Source: Candidatus Omnitrophota bacterium (lineage in GTDB: Bacteria; Omnitrophota; Gorgyraeia; Zapsychrales; Fredricksoniimonadaceae). From it: a stretch of DNA of 51,525 bases. The stretch's first letter is position 1, and each line of letters starts with the position of its first letter. The notes under the pieces are model-generated. The model made no database searches, was not told the DNA's origin, and was given only the letters and a program-made list of their open reading frames with translations. Of this stretch, positions 1 through 9,557 are shown piece after piece. The DNA lies in NCBI GenBank assembly GCA_015228785.1, contig JADGCU010000006.1, positions 1 to 51,525 on the forward strand, written 5' to 3'. The position numbers were made by a program, and so were the translations under genes.

Positions 1-1950
1 TTTTATGAAACCAAGCGCTACAGCCATCTTTTTGATTCCATCACAAAAGGAACGATCTCCCAAGACTATCCTGAATGGGACCTCAGAGTCGTTGATCGTG
101 ACAAGCCGTATCTTCCCTACATCAACAAAAATGACTCCACTATCTTCACCCGCTTTGGTGGGGCACTCCTGACCATCATCTTCTTCATCGCAAGCGCCTT
201 TGCCATCCTTCTATTTCAGCGAAAAAGCAAACTCACCGCGTTTCACGGAAGTTACCAAATCTTAACTGGTGCGGGATACCTCATCCTAGAGACGCTATTT
301 CTACAGATCTACCAGGAACACTTCCGCTCACCAGCCATTGCGTTTGTCATTATCCTCACCACATTACTCATCACATCCGCAACCGGTGGATACACCATCA
401 GTCGCCGATTAACGCCTTCTCTTGCCCTTCTCGGAACCTTCCTCAGCCTCATCATCCATGCGGGTCTACATGCCGGAGGCCTTGATGCAATCAGTTCTCA
501 AGTACTAAAAATATTGATAATCCTTCTGACCGTCGGCATGAGTGGTTTTTTCATGGGCTATTTCCTTCCCTTTGGACTCAATGCGGCACGAACATCCGGC
601 CACACAGATAAGCATCTGGCTAATCTATTCGCCCTCAACAGTCTGGCCGGAGCAGCAACGCCCATACTCGTTCTCTTCCTCTCCTCTCATATTTCCCTGT
701 CCTTCTCCCTATGGACAGCCGCAACTCTATATGCGATAGCCTCTTTAATAGCCTACTCCTTCAATGATGATAGAAAAAATTCACCAGGATCCGTATCTCA
801 TAAACATCTCAGCGTGCTTCTTCTGTTATTCTCTATCTTCACCGTTATCGCCTCTTACAATTCCTCCAATGGATCTTTCTTCTACAAAAAGAAGCAAACC
901 GCAACAGTAAAGAAAGAAATTCTCAATAAAAGAATAGAAACAAAGACTACTCCTACTCAAATCCAACACATAGAAGACAAGCCTGCCAGAGCACTGAAAC
1001 AACCTTCCATCAACCATCCTAAATCAATTCTCCTATCACCTAACGGAAAAAGAGCCTACATCCAGAACCTCTATACCCATACGGTCAATGTAGTCGATAC
1101 CGCCTCACTTGAAATCATCAAGGTCATTCCCTTAAAAGGAAGAGCTTGTGAAGCAACAATTACCCCCGATGGACGCTGGCTATGGGTCAGTGTAGCAGCT
1201 CTGGAAGACGATAAAGGAACCTACCCTAAATACATCCCAGAACCAACCCCAGGATGGGAAACATATAATTTCCCCTCCATCGTTAACCTGATCGATACCA
1301 CACAAGACAATGGCACCGTCATTGCTGAAGTCCCTGTTGATGTCAAACCAAAGATTGTACGCCTTTCACCAAATGGAAAATTCCTCCTGGTTTCCAATTT
1401 TAATTCTGGAACAATCTCGGTTATCAATACAAAATCCCGTAAAGTCATCAAAACAATCAAGGTCGGCAGACTACCACGAGGAATTTGCTTTTCCCTTGAT
1501 GGAAAATATGCTTATATCGCTAACATGGGAAGTCGAGAGATCACCTGTATCGATATGAAGCAATTAGAAGTCATCCGCTCTCTGACCATGCCCGCCATTC
1601 CTCGTCATCTCGTTACAAGCCCTGATGGGAAATTCATTTACTATTCTGACGCGAGCAGGCAAGGGCACCTTATTAAGATTGATTCCATGACCGGGGTGGA
1701 GATCGGGCGCGCTAAAACCGGTGAAATATCACGAACCTTTGTTCTTTCATCTGATGGAAAGAAAGCTTTCGTTGGCAATTACAGTTCTGCGGATGTTACC
1801 ATCATTAATACAGCATTCATGACGCCCATTGGTCGTATCAAAACACTTCCCCAACCCATTGGGCTAGCTCTAAGTCCTGATGATAAAGAACTCTGGGTTT
1901 CCTCTTTTACGAAGAGCTCAATTTCTATCTATAATGTTAATGAGCTCTAA
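1..1950 (+). CDS. 5'-truncated multi-pass membrane protein (C-terminal part resembles membrane-type spermidine synthase-like proteins) fused to a C-terminal YVTN-type beta-propeller
   Basis: Frame 1 is open from base 1 into the 514..1950 ORF. The upstream part reads ...DRDKPY...LTGAGYLILETLFLQ...PAIAFVIILTTLL..., followed by several TM segments. The C-terminal ~320 aa has repeats of the type SPNGKRAY, SPNGKFLLVSN, SPDGKFIY, SPDDKELWV. Confidence 0.7.
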   Translation, partial: FYETKRYSHLFDSITKGTISQDYPEWDLRVVDRDKPYLPYINKNDSTIFTRFGGALLTIIFFIASAFAILLFQRKSKLTAFHGSYQILTGAGYLILETLFLQIYQEHFRSPAIAFVIILTTLLITSATGGYTISRRLTPSLALLGTFLSLIIHAGLHAGGLDAISSQVLKILIILLTVGMSGFFMGYFLPFGLNAARTSGHTDKHLANLFALNSLAGAATPILVLFLSSHISLSFSLWTAATLYAIASLIAYSFNDDRKNSPGSVSHKHLSVLLLLFSIFTVIASYNSSNGSFFYKKKQTATVKKEILNKRIETKTTPTQIQHIEDKPARALKQPSINHPKSILLSPNGKRAYIQNLYTHTVNVVDTASLEIIKVIPLKGRACEATITPDGRWLWVSVAALEDDKGTYPKYIPEPTPGWETYNFPSIVNLIDTTQDNGTVIAEVPVDVKPKIVRLSPNGKFLLVSNFNSGTISVINTKSRKVIKTIKVGRLPRGICFSLDGKYAYIANMGSREITCIDMKQLEVIRSLTMPAIPRHLVTSPDGKFIYYSDASRQGHLIKIDSMTGVEIGRAKTGEISRTFVLSSDGKKAFVGNYSSADVTIINTAFMTPIGRIKTLPQPIGLALSPDDKELWVSSFTKSSISIYNVNEL

Positions 1951-1979
1951 CCTATGTTTCATCTAAAACTCTTACCCTT

Positions 1980-3707
1980 ATGATTAGAATAAATTTAGAA
2001 GAATGTCTCTCATTTCTGAAAACAGTCTTCTTTTTCTGCGCTGTTATTGCCTTTCTAATAGGAATATTTATCTGTTTTGTTCCGGAACATAATACAGCCC
2101 GATGGTGGCTCTCATACACATCATTTTACTTTATCAGCGCTCTGTTTCTATTATGGTTAGTAACATTGCTTTCTCCCGACCCTAAAAGTCAACCATCATC
2201 ATACATCAACTTCTCTTCCCTTCTTTTTACTGGAATCGCCATTCTCCTCACAACAACCATTTTTGTAATGAATCCTCCCCGCCTCCGTCTTCATACAGAT
2301 GAAGTCTTACTATTAGGAACTTCACGAACTCTTTATACTGAGAAAACCATCCATATCCCACAAGATGCTGTTTTATCAAATAATCGACTGGAAATTATCC
2401 GCACATCTTTACCCTTTCGCCCGCTCCTGTTCTCCTTCTTAACAAACTTGGTTCACAGATGTAAAGGATACAACTTCCATAATGTTTTTATCCTCAATTT
2501 TATAGGACTATCCTTATTGCTAATTCTTGCTGGCGCTTTCATTGGTAAACACTGGGGCATTGCTGCGGGAATCGCCACTCAATTTGCCATTGTCTCTCAC
2601 CCAATCATATGGCACACAGCATCATCTGGCATCGCAGATATCTTCCACGCTCTTTTCTTCTTTATTTCAGCATTAACTCTCAGAAAACACCTTCACACCC
2701 CCTCTCCCCGATCTATAGCGCTATTGATCCTGTCGTTATGTCTTTTAGGCAATATTCGTTTTGAATCTATTATCTTTCTATTCATAACGATTCCGGCTCT
2801 TTTATTGTTTCGCAGAATATCCTGGGAACATGTCCAATCAGCCAAGCTCATAATAGTTCTAACCGCTGTCTGCTCATTGCCCTTTTTCTGGCAACGCTCT
2901 ATTTTTATTGATCTACCTCAAATTTACGGCGCGACAATAACAAACTTCAGCCTAGAATACTTTCTTAAATTCTTCCCCATATCTGTTTCGACTTTTCTCT
3001 CCCTTGATCCAAGCTTTCTCTATTATTTCACCCCGCTTTTAACACTGGGCGTCACTGCCATCATTCTCTTGATATTAAAAATTATTCTAAACATCAAAAA
3101 AACGCCTCTTTCCAAAGAAAATGAATTCTTTTTATGGCTAACCATCTGCGTCGTCCTACATCAAATCCTCATATGCTCTTTTACCGGAGGTTTTATCGGA
3201 GGCTACACACGTGCTCGTTACTTTATGATCGAAGCCATATTTCTCAGTACTCTCGCCACCATTTTCCTTTTTTCTTACTCAAAGAATTTATTTCTGCGAA
3301 TCTTTCTATCTATAACGTTTCCGCTTCTTTTTATCTTCCAACTCCATCTTGCGCCTGAACTCCAAAAAGAGGAGATTAAAGGATGCCCTCAAGCAACATA
3401 TTTCCAAGCTGTTTACAACCTGGTCCATAATCTTGAGCCCCAAAAGTCATTGCTGGTCATAGATTACCCGATAGAATACATCCTACGGGGGTGGCCTTCT
3501 ATTCATCCTAAAGTTTTTACTACCCAAACTTCTTCAATTAAAGAAGCTTGGGATACCCATGAATACAAGGCCATTTACTATATTGAAAAATCTAAAAACA
3601 ATCGTCAAAGGGCAGAATTAAAAGGGGACTGGACGGCTAAATTCCTACAAACATCCATGCTTAGTAGAAATTCATTTGTTACGCTATACACCCTGGAGCC
3701 AAAGTAG
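1980..3707 (+). CDS. Polytopic membrane protein, probable GT-C fold (ArnT/PMT-like) glycosyltransferase
   Basis: About 12 hydrophobic segments, an acidic DE pair in the first large loop (HTDE), an R-x-E motif (IRFE), an RYF motif near the last TMs and a soluble C-terminal tail. Converges on the glycan cluster. Confidence 0.55.
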   Translation: MIRINLEECLSFLKTVFFFCAVIAFLIGIFICFVPEHNTARWWLSYTSFYFISALFLLWLVTLLSPDPKSQPSSYINFSSLLFTGIAILLTTTIFVMNPPRLRLHTDEVLLLGTSRTLYTEKTIHIPQDAVLSNNRLEIIRTSLPFRPLLFSFLTNLVHRCKGYNFHNVFILNFIGLSLLLILAGAFIGKHWGIAAGIATQFAIVSHPIIWHTASSGIADIFHALFFFISALTLRKHLHTPSPRSIALLILSLCLLGNIRFESIIFLFITIPALLLFRRISWEHVQSAKLIIVLTAVCSLPFFWQRSIFIDLPQIYGATITNFSLEYFLKFFPISVSTFLSLDPSFLYYFTPLLTLGVTAIILLILKIILNIKKTPLSKENEFFLWLTICVVLHQILICSFTGGFIGGYTRARYFMIEAIFLSTLATIFLFSYSKNLFLRIFLSITFPLLFIFQLHLAPELQKEEIKGCPQATYFQAVYNLVHNLEPQKSLLVIDYPIEYILRGWPSIHPKVFTTQTSSIKEAWDTHEYKAIYYIEKSKNNRQRAELKGDWTAKFLQTSMLSRNSFVTLYTLEPK

Positions 3708-3723
3708 GGCAAAACCTACTAAT

Positions 3724-4980
3724 TTATGGATCGATCTTCCCATAATTAAACTGCACCCCTTTAAAGAAATCATAAGGGACCCGTTGAATTCTCGAGACCG
3801 CCCTACGTTTTCCCTTATTATTACCTTCAGTTAGAAAATCAACGTACCATTCCCATACAACCTCCCCGGAAATGGTTACCTCAAAAGCTCGCCCACTATC
3901 ACTATCTGCGATCAAGGTATTACCATTGGGAAGACGTTGTGCAGATCCTCGTAAATTGGAGAAGAACTCCTGCCCAGGTTTCTGACCGTATTGCCATACA
4001 ATCTTCCCAGATCTAATGTCAACAACAATGATCCTGGATGATTTCTTATTAGATCCGTTGTCAAACAGTAAGATCTGATCGCCTGTAAGAAACGTAGCAT
4101 GATGGGGATGACTGATAATATTCTCTCCCCATTGCCAAACAATTCTCTCTTGCTCTGGGGCAACGATAAAGATTCTGTCTAAATGTCTAACGGTAACAAG
4201 CCAGTCTCCCTTTTTAGCAATACCAGGGATGTCCCATTCAAGATTAACGATGTTATTGGCGTGGAAAGGATCAAACTTTGGCTTCTTGTTTTCTCCTCGA
4301 GAAGACCTCGTTAGATAATCCTTTTGATAATCATAGAATTCTCCAAGTTTCTTGTGATAGCCGAGATCTTCAGCAAAAAGATTCCTTAAAGAGATCTTCT
4401 TAAGAGTTCTCCCATCAGAAGAGACGCGAACTAAGGAATTATCCTGAACCTTGAGCATAAGATCACGAAAAGGAATGTAAATCATATTGGAAACAAGTCC
4501 AAGAAATCCGCCATCTTTTAAATAATACGCGCCATGATGAGCCGACTGCCCAGGCATATCAATGACATCAATACAATGAGAATTGACATCAACCCATTGC
4601 CAGTCAATAGTGCCCATGTGACAAGATAAGAATATTGACCCATCGGGGAAAGGCGTCACCTGTTCCCATCTTACCTTAACGCTTTGCGGATTTCTTCTGG
4701 CCCATCGATGGACAATCTTGCCATCCATATCAATTAAATTCACAAACCCATCAGGTTTCATGTCTGACGTATAAATACTATACCCAGAAAAGGCCTTATC
4801 TTTCTTATAAATTGTCGTCCCTGCTTTATTGGGTTCTTTTTCTGTCTTAACGTAATCAATATAAGGCAATGAGAGTAAGGACGCAGCAGAGTCTTCGCCG
4901 AGGTCCGAGGCAGCATAAGACGGATGTTTAAACAAGATTATGGACAATAAAACAAGCGGAAAGAACGAACGCAATAGCAT
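3724..4980 (-). CDS. Secreted arylsulfotransferase (ASST-like beta-propeller), paralog 1
   Basis: Signal peptide; motifs LIDMDGKIVHRW, DPFHANNI, HPHHA, LLFDNG, GSAQRLPNGNTLI, FEVT..GEVVWEW. The ATG at 4980 sits 1 nt after the GT43 stop; the ORF track starts at 5013. Confidence 0.8.
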   Translation of the reverse strand: MLLRSFFPLVLLSIILFKHPSYAASDLGEDSAASLLSLPYIDYVKTEKEPNKAGTTIYKKDKAFSGYSIYTSDMKPDGFVNLIDMDGKIVHRWARRNPQSVKVRWEQVTPFPDGSIFLSCHMGTIDWQWVDVNSHCIDVIDMPGQSAHHGAYYLKDGGFLGLVSNMIYIPFRDLMLKVQDNSLVRVSSDGRTLKKISLRNLFAEDLGYHKKLGEFYDYQKDYLTRSSRGENKKPKFDPFHANNIVNLEWDIPGIAKKGDWLVTVRHLDRIFIVAPEQERIVWQWGENIISHPHHATFLTGDQILLFDNGSNKKSSRIIVVDIRSGKIVWQYGQKPGQEFFSNLRGSAQRLPNGNTLIADSDSGRAFEVTISGEVVWEWYVDFLTEGNNKGKRRAVSRIQRVPYDFFKGVQFNYGKIDP

Positions 4981-4981
4981 A

Positions 4982-5755
4982 TTATCGTTTGGAATTGTAT
5001 TTCTGAAGGGCAACCTTAGGATCCTCTATAATAGCGACAGAAAATTTAAAGTATGTCTTTAAAATCACATTGACTTTGTATAGCACCTTCCTCAACGGCC
5101 ATGGGAACCAAAGATCATTATGCCACACATAACACGTATGACATTCATCACACAGGATCTCAAATTCATCTGATGACTGGATGACCTTTTCAATAAAATC
5201 TGTTTCCCCTGAAGCCTGTGACGGAGCCCAAAGCGGATTCTTGAGCGCATCCAACACATCCGCATTCACAGCATACCCTGCCTGATCGACCGGAAACTTC
5301 CTGAATGACCAATTCGCATCCCAGCCAACAATCTTCCCATCCCTGACAATCGGCCGCTCAATACCAGTCGGTCCCCGGTTCCCAACAGGAAATATAGATA
5401 TCTTCTTTGTCCTTCGAATTTCTTCAAAGAGACGAACATCATAACGATTATCATCATCTGCAATATAAACAATCCCCTTAAGATGATTATCCCGAATATA
5501 GGTTAATCCTAAATTCTTCTGGCTATTCCCAAAGTTCCGAGAATAAATATGAAAATACTTGTATGGGATACCGCTTTCTACCAAAAGACGCTCAACATCA
5601 GGATCAATATCATGCCCATCTTCAACCACAATCCACAACATATTTGACACCTTCACAAACGTCCGAACACATTCTCGAATAAACTGTTTGCGATAAGGTC
5701 GACGGACGGTACACGTAATGATCAATAATGGCTTCATAAATAAATCACGCCCCAC
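4982..5755 (-). CDS. Glycosyltransferase family 43 (beta-1,3-glucuronyltransferase / IRX9-IRX14-like)
   Basis: GT43 hallmark motifs in order: IITCT..R..R, LWIVVEDG, GIVYIADDDNRYDVRLFEEIR, SIFPVG, IERP....GKIVGW, RKFPVDQAGYAVN, GETDF, C..CYVWH. Confidence 0.85.
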   Translation of the reverse strand: MGRDLFMKPLLIITCTVRRPYRKQFIRECVRTFVKVSNMLWIVVEDGHDIDPDVERLLVESGIPYKYFHIYSRNFGNSQKNLGLTYIRDNHLKGIVYIADDDNRYDVRLFEEIRRTKKISIFPVGNRGPTGIERPIVRDGKIVGWDANWSFRKFPVDQAGYAVNADVLDALKNPLWAPSQASGETDFIEKVIQSSDEFEILCDECHTCYVWHNDLWFPWPLRKVLYKVNVILKTYFKFSVAIIEDPKVALQKYNSKR

Positions 5756-5776
5756 AAAAAGGCTACGCTCCCTTTA

Positions 5777-7042
5777 TTAAGACAAATAACCATCTCTCAT
5801 AGACTCCAGAATTCCCTGGAACCTCCACGCCCCATAACGCCCAATCGAATGGATTTCTTGATCGCGTAAATAACCAATCGCATCCTCTCTCCATGTCGAA
5901 CCAAGTCGACGCCAAGTATACGCATGATCAATCCAAGTTGGGCTTACCACTTCCACTCCGTTAATATATTGCCACGCTTTCAACTCCGCAACAATCTCTC
6001 CTGAAAGCCGCTCTAATGAACCCTTTTTAGGCCTATCTTTTGGCAGGAAGGCCTTCTCAACATAGATACTGACAAGCCTCTTCTGTTGATCTGTCTTGGG
6101 CAAGAAAGAGGCATCCACGTTACTGTAAAAACCAACCCGATGAAATCCACTGAGGCTCTTAGGAATATAAACCCAGTGGTCCTTAGGGCATTTGCTCCCT
6201 CTTTGGGCGCCAATATTCAAAACCAAAACAGAGGTATACGGATCTTCCTTCCCCAAATTACGCAAGCCACAAAGCTTGATCATCTCATCGAGAGGGATTG
6301 TTGAAATCAACTTCTTATAAGAAACCTCACTCCCATCTTGAAAAAAAACCATCTTTCTTGCTATATCAATCCGCACAGCCCTTTTGTTATACCGCACATC
6401 ACACTGCTTCTCGAGCCTTCCGATAAAATGATCTAACCCCTTCCGAGGGTAAACAAAAGTCGTATTATATCCCGATGGCAATGTCCTCCCCTTCAGTCCC
6501 CGCAGAATCTTGGATCGATCAACCGGATTCTTGAACTGGTCCTGAGTTGCTATCTTAGCCGTCAACCCCGCAGTATAGAGTGAATGAAACGGCAGAAAGA
6601 ATAATTCGCCAAGAGTTCTCCCAAAATTAGAAATCAGCCATTCCTGTAAAGTCTCAGGGGACTTCCCAAGAAGAGCCACACCAATCTCATCACGAATCCT
6701 GCGCCTGATCTCAGCTGGGAACGCATACGAATGGTTCTGTATCGGATATGGCACATAAAGATCCCGATCAGGAAAATAAACCGAGGCTTTTCGTGAATAT
6801 ACCTTGACGGGAGATAAGCCTTTTACAGCATCCAGAAGTTTTTCATCATTGCCGAATATCCAATGTCCACCGCCTTTTTCAAACCGGTAACACTGCGCGA
6901 GTCGAGTTCCATCGCCAAGCCCAATATAATAGGACGCGCAAAGTCCTCCTGGAGCAGACAACCCCTCATAAATAATTCGCCTTCTTCGGTGGCCTGCACA
7001 AAGTCCGGTAATCCCGGCTCCTAAAATGACCGTTGAGGCCAT
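5777..7042 (-). CDS. FAD-dependent oxidoreductase (protoporphyrinogen oxidase / UDP-galactopyranose mutase-like, glycan-cluster type)
   Basis: N-terminal GAGITG dinucleotide fold, PGGLCAS, GGGHWIF, LISTIPL and C-terminal SIGRYGAW. Confidence 0.75.
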   Translation of the reverse strand: MASTVILGAGITGLCAGHRRRRIIYEGLSAPGGLCASYYIGLGDGTRLAQCYRFEKGGGHWIFGNDEKLLDAVKGLSPVKVYSRKASVYFPDRDLYVPYPIQNHSYAFPAEIRRRIRDEIGVALLGKSPETLQEWLISNFGRTLGELFFLPFHSLYTAGLTAKIATQDQFKNPVDRSKILRGLKGRTLPSGYNTTFVYPRKGLDHFIGRLEKQCDVRYNKRAVRIDIARKMVFFQDGSEVSYKKLISTIPLDEMIKLCGLRNLGKEDPYTSVLVLNIGAQRGSKCPKDHWVYIPKSLSGFHRVGFYSNVDASFLPKTDQQKRLVSIYVEKAFLPKDRPKKGSLERLSGEIVAELKAWQYINGVEVVSPTWIDHAYTWRRLGSTWREDAIGYLRDQEIHSIGRYGAWRFQGILESMRDGYLS

Positions 7043-7057
7043 AACAGCACTCCCGAT

Positions 7058-8065
7058 TTAATGTGACTTCTGAGAAGAATTACCCCTCGGTTGCCTTAGA
7101 GAGAAATAAATAAGTCCCGAGATGATACCGGATAACATAACAATTTGGTCTAAGAAAGTAAAAATGATCGATCTTGTGGCAAACCATAGTCCTTTTTCTC
7201 TAAACAAAAAACCCCAAAAGCCTCCATTCAAAAGAGACCAAATAATGAGACACGCAACTAAATAAGGAAATACAGTCATCCCCAATATCTCCATAAACAT
7301 CAATAGCATGATCATAACCGAAGAACTAAGCCCCATAAGCTGCCGCAACGAAGCATGCGCAAAACCAACACCGTTCTTTCCCACTTGCCTAATGCCTCTA
7401 TAACGCAGGAATATACACGACCAATAAAAAGGCACATCAAAATCATTACGAATAAGCTTGCGCAGATCGTAATGCTTCACATGCTCTACTTCAATACTCT
7501 TATCAAGGTAAATCGTCTTGCCTTTCAACCAAAGTTGTTGTCCGAATAACGTATCCCCCCCATAGCGTATATCAGAAATATGCTCCTTCGCTATTTCACG
7601 ACGAAAGATAAAAAGTGAACCATAAAGAAACGTCACCCTTCTAGGCAACTGATTAAAGATATAATGCATGTATAAATTCTTATACTGACTAGAAAAGTTC
7701 TGAAATGGATGCTTTTTTGATAGCATCCCCGTAACAGCATCCGCCTCCGGGCATAAAGCAAAGACTGACCTGATTTTATCAAGGGTATCGGGAAAAACGA
7801 GAACATCCGCATCAAGGTTAACAATAAGCTCTCCCCTTGCCGTCGTATAACCGACTGTACGCGCCTCGTTGACCCCGCGATGACTTTCAAAAGCGATTAC
7901 CTTATCAGTAAACCGCCTCGCGACATCAACAGTGCCATCCTTACTGGCATCATCAACCACGATTAATTCAAAATCTTGATTTGTCGATCGGGAAAGGGCC
8001 TCAAGACAACGAGATAGCAATTCAGCATTATTACAAGCTGTTACAACAACGGAAATCAGGGGCAT
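7058..8065 (-). CDS. Glycosyltransferase family 2 with C-terminal TM helices
   Basis: ISVVV..N, ELIVVDDASKDGT, NLDADV (DxD) and a hydrophobic C-terminus. Confidence 0.9.
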   Translation of the reverse strand: MPLISVVVTACNNAELLSRCLEALSRSTNQDFELIVVDDASKDGTVDVARRFTDKVIAFESHRGVNEARTVGYTTARGELIVNLDADVLVFPDTLDKIRSVFALCPEADAVTGMLSKKHPFQNFSSQYKNLYMHYIFNQLPRRVTFLYGSLFIFRREIAKEHISDIRYGGDTLFGQQLWLKGKTIYLDKSIEVEHVKHYDLRKLIRNDFDVPFYWSCIFLRYRGIRQVGKNGVGFAHASLRQLMGLSSSVMIMLLMFMEILGMTVFPYLVACLIIWSLLNGGFWGFLFREKGLWFATRSIIFTFLDQIVMLSGIISGLIYFSLRQPRGNSSQKSH

Positions 8066-8245
8066 CCTAAATATTTCACTTTCAGTTTGAAGTAATCGTT
8101 ATGAACTGATCAAAAACCGCTAAAGACATTCAACGTCGTCCATAAATAATACAATATTATTACAATTCGAGCACGGAATTCTAAACTTCTTTTCGATTTT
8201 TTTTCTATAATAGCAACGATTAATATTCGCGAAAAATGTCTCTTT

Positions 8246-9535
8246 TCATACCTCTGGCTTAATTTCTCCATAATTAAACTTTACGTTCTTAAAGAAATCA
8301 TACGGGATTCGCTGCATGCGATAAATAATTCTTCGTTTTCCTTTATTCTCGCCTTGAGTATAAAATTCAGCATACCACTCCCATACAACCTCCCCTGAAC
8401 TCGTCACTTCAAAAACATGCCCGCTATTACTCTCAGCAATCAAGATATTACCATTCGGAAGCTTTTGCGCAGACCCTCGAGCATCCGTAAAGAATTCCTG
8501 GCCAGGCTTTTGGCCGTATTGCCATATAATCTCTTGGGAGATTATGTCAATAATAATCACCCTGGAAGACTGCTTGCTCACCCCATTATCAAATAGTAAA
8601 ATCCGATCATCTTTAAGAAACGAAGCATGATGAGGCATACTAATAATATTTTCTCCCCATTGCCAAATAATTTTCTCTTGCACAGGGTCAACGATAAAGA
8701 TCCTACCAAGATTCCTGATAGTAACAAGCCAGTCCCCCTTCTTGGCAATACCAGGAATATCCCACTCAAGGCTCTCAATATTGTTAGCATGAAAAGGGTC
8801 AAACATGGGAGGCTTCCCATCATTATTAACAGGGACTTTTAGCAGATGTTTCTTAAGACTTTTATAGCATTCTCTAAGTTGATTTTTATAACCACGATCA
8901 TCTATAAAAAGCTTGCTTAGCGGAATTATTTTTAATGGCCGACCTTCTGCCGAGATATGGACCAAAGAATTATCCTGAGCTTCAAGCATAAGATCACGAA
9001 AAGGAATATGTATCGTATTGGCAACAAGTCCGAGAAATCCGCCATCTTTCAGACAATACGCCGCATGATGGGCCATTTGCCCAGGCATATTATAAATAGC
9101 CAAGACATGAGAACTCGCGTCAATCCGCTTCCAATCTCCAAAATCAGGAAGCTTAGTAATTAGAAATAGGGTCCCGTCAGGAAAAGGCGTCGCGTCTTTC
9201 CACAACATTGAAAGACCACTTTGTTCATTTCTGACCCAGCTATGAACAAGCTTGCCATCCATATCAATTAAATGAACAAACCCATCCGGGCCAGATTCTG
9301 ATGAATACATACTATACCCAGAATATGCCTTGTTTTTGTTGTAAATCGTTGTCCCCACTTTATTCGGTGCTTTTTCTGTTTCCACATGCTGGATGTAAGG
9401 CAACGAACGTAAAGACTCGGCAGGGTCTTCACTAGACGTGAGTGCGCACCCAAATTGGCTACCAAACAATATGGCCGAAAGAAGGCTGAGTATCAAAACC
9501 ATAGGAACACGTAATTGAATAAGAATACTTAACAC
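8246..9535 (-). CDS. Secreted arylsulfotransferase (ASST-like), paralog 2
   Basis: Same motifs as paralog 1 (DPFHANNI, MPHHAS, LLFDNG, GSAQKLPNGNILI) and a signal peptide. The true start may be the ATG at 9502. Confidence 0.8.
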   Translation of the reverse strand: MLSILIQLRVPMVLILSLLSAILFGSQFGCALTSSEDPAESLRSLPYIQHVETEKAPNKVGTTIYNKNKAYSGYSMYSSESGPDGFVHLIDMDGKLVHSWVRNEQSGLSMLWKDATPFPDGTLFLITKLPDFGDWKRIDASSHVLAIYNMPGQMAHHAAYCLKDGGFLGLVANTIHIPFRDLMLEAQDNSLVHISAEGRPLKIIPLSKLFIDDRGYKNQLRECYKSLKKHLLKVPVNNDGKPPMFDPFHANNIESLEWDIPGIAKKGDWLVTIRNLGRIFIVDPVQEKIIWQWGENIISMPHHASFLKDDRILLFDNGVSKQSSRVIIIDIISQEIIWQYGQKPGQEFFTDARGSAQKLPNGNILIAESNSGHVFEVTSSGEVVWEWYAEFYTQGENKGKRRIIYRMQRIPYDFFKNVKFNYGEIKPEV

Positions 9536-9557
9536 GCGTATAGTATTAATCCTTTTC

